DNA from: an uncultured Candidatus Saccharibacteria bacterium
GTDB taxonomy: Bacteria; Patescibacteriota; Minisyncoccia; Phycocordibacterales; Phycocordibacteraceae
DNA: 64,000 nt
Direction of reading: 5' to 3'
Assembly: GCA_964357395.1 (NCBI GenBank)
Contig: CAYHLC010000003.1
Coordinates: 14,080 to 78,079, forward strand
How positions within the stretch are numbered: the stretch's first letter is position 1; the number at the start of each line of letters is the position of its first letter. Both the position numbers and the translations under genes were made by a program. Below are positions 63,390 through 64,000 of the stretch, piece after piece. The notes under the pieces were generated by a model. It did no database searches. It saw only the letters and a list, made by a program, of their open reading frames with translations, and had not been told where the DNA came from.

Positions 63390-63743
63390 ATGGATTCGGC
63401 TTCGCTCGCGCTTGCAAAGACTTTTTTGGGAAAGGAGGTGGAGGTGACTTTCGATCGGCCACTTGGCTCGCGACATCCGAAACACGACTATGTATACGAG
63501 GTTAACTACGGATATATCGAAGGGGTTATGGCTCCAGATGGTGAGGACTTGGACGTGTACTACCTGGGCGTAGCTGAGCCGTTGCAGAAGGCGACCGGTA
63601 CCGTTATTGCTATCGTGCACCGCGCCGACAATGACGACGATAAGCTGGTAGTCGTTCCAGCGGGCACGACCTTTTTGGACGAGGAGATATTGAAGCAAGT
63701 TCATTTCCAGGAACAGTGGTTTAAGAGTGAGATAATCCGCTAG
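63390..63743 (+). CDS. Short inorganic-pyrophosphatase-like protein
   Basis: DRPLGSRHP..Y.VNYGYIEG..APDGEDLDVY; DDDKLVV; FQEQWF. Confidence 0.85.
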   Translation: MDSASLALAKTFLGKEVEVTFDRPLGSRHPKHDYVYEVNYGYIEGVMAPDGEDLDVYYLGVAEPLQKATGTVIAIVHRADNDDDKLVVVPAGTTFLDEEILKQVHFQEQWFKSEIIR

Positions 63744-63745
63744 GT

Positions 63746-64000
63746 ATGCAGATTAGGCGATTGCCAGTGTGGACCAAGGTAGCGGACACAGTGCTTCGTC
63801 CGATAATGATTCTTATATCAGGCGCGCCGATGGAGCGGCCACAGGAGACGCACAACTGGCATATACAAAAGTTGAAGGAGGGGACAGCCCTGGATCAGAG
63901 CATGACGGTCAAGGTGGCAGGGAAGGGCGACTCACCATTTAAGAAAGCTGGTGGGCCGCTGTTCCATATGCCGATCATCGGTGGGTGGCGCGAGTACGTC
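63746..64000 (+). CDS. Hypothetical protein (truncated by window edge)
   Basis: Open frame from ATG 63746: MQIRRLPVWTKVAD...PQETHNWH...FHMPIIGGWREYV. Confidence 0.6.
   Translation, partial: MQIRRLPVWTKVADTVLRPIMILISGAPMERPQETHNWHIQKLKEGTALDQSMTVKVAGKGDSPFKKAGGPLFHMPIIGGWREYV

Noticed and set aside
1-64000. Alternative genetic code (TGA=Gly)
   Set aside because: Conserved genes are uninterrupted under code 11 and TGA serves as a stop (e.g. at 57854)

Overview
Bacterial chromosome segment (code 11). The gene content and synteny (nusA-ppa-tig...clpP-rny-HU; rpsO-NYN-pnp; pilB/pilC/minor pilins; tpiA-pgk-recJ; many TrmB-type regulators and orphan membrane proteins) suggest a Patescibacteria/CPR (Parcubacteria-like) genome. 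That assignment is inferred, not proven. The window holds housekeeping genes (pcrA/uvrD 5' end, comM-like ATPase, pnp, rpsO, Xer recombinase, xth, CCA-adding enzyme, HU, rny, clpP, tig, ppa, nusA, tpiA, pgk, recJ), four tRNAs, a parS palindrome with DnaA-box-like sites, and a type IV pilus cluster. The most striking feature is a ~16-18 kb accessory block, mostly lying between tig and clpP. It has six TrmB-family regulators, each transcribed divergently from a target: four face LivJ-like amino-acid-binding proteins and two face small membrane peptides. Five such binding proteins share one scattered LivH/M/G/F translocator, which a Doc-type toxin-antitoxin pair interrupts. Other observations: an XRE-HTH/L-asparaginase fusion; a pervasive TANNNT-N6/7-start layout suggesting leaderless genes; about ten tail-anchored microproteins; several Cys-rich or acidic microproteins missed by the ORF track (one ends in a beta-clamp-like QLPLPL); and short palindromic repeats inserted in frame in xer, tig and recJ. 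No rRNA, CRISPR array or transposase was seen. All calls come from reading motifs by eye; no database searches were run.
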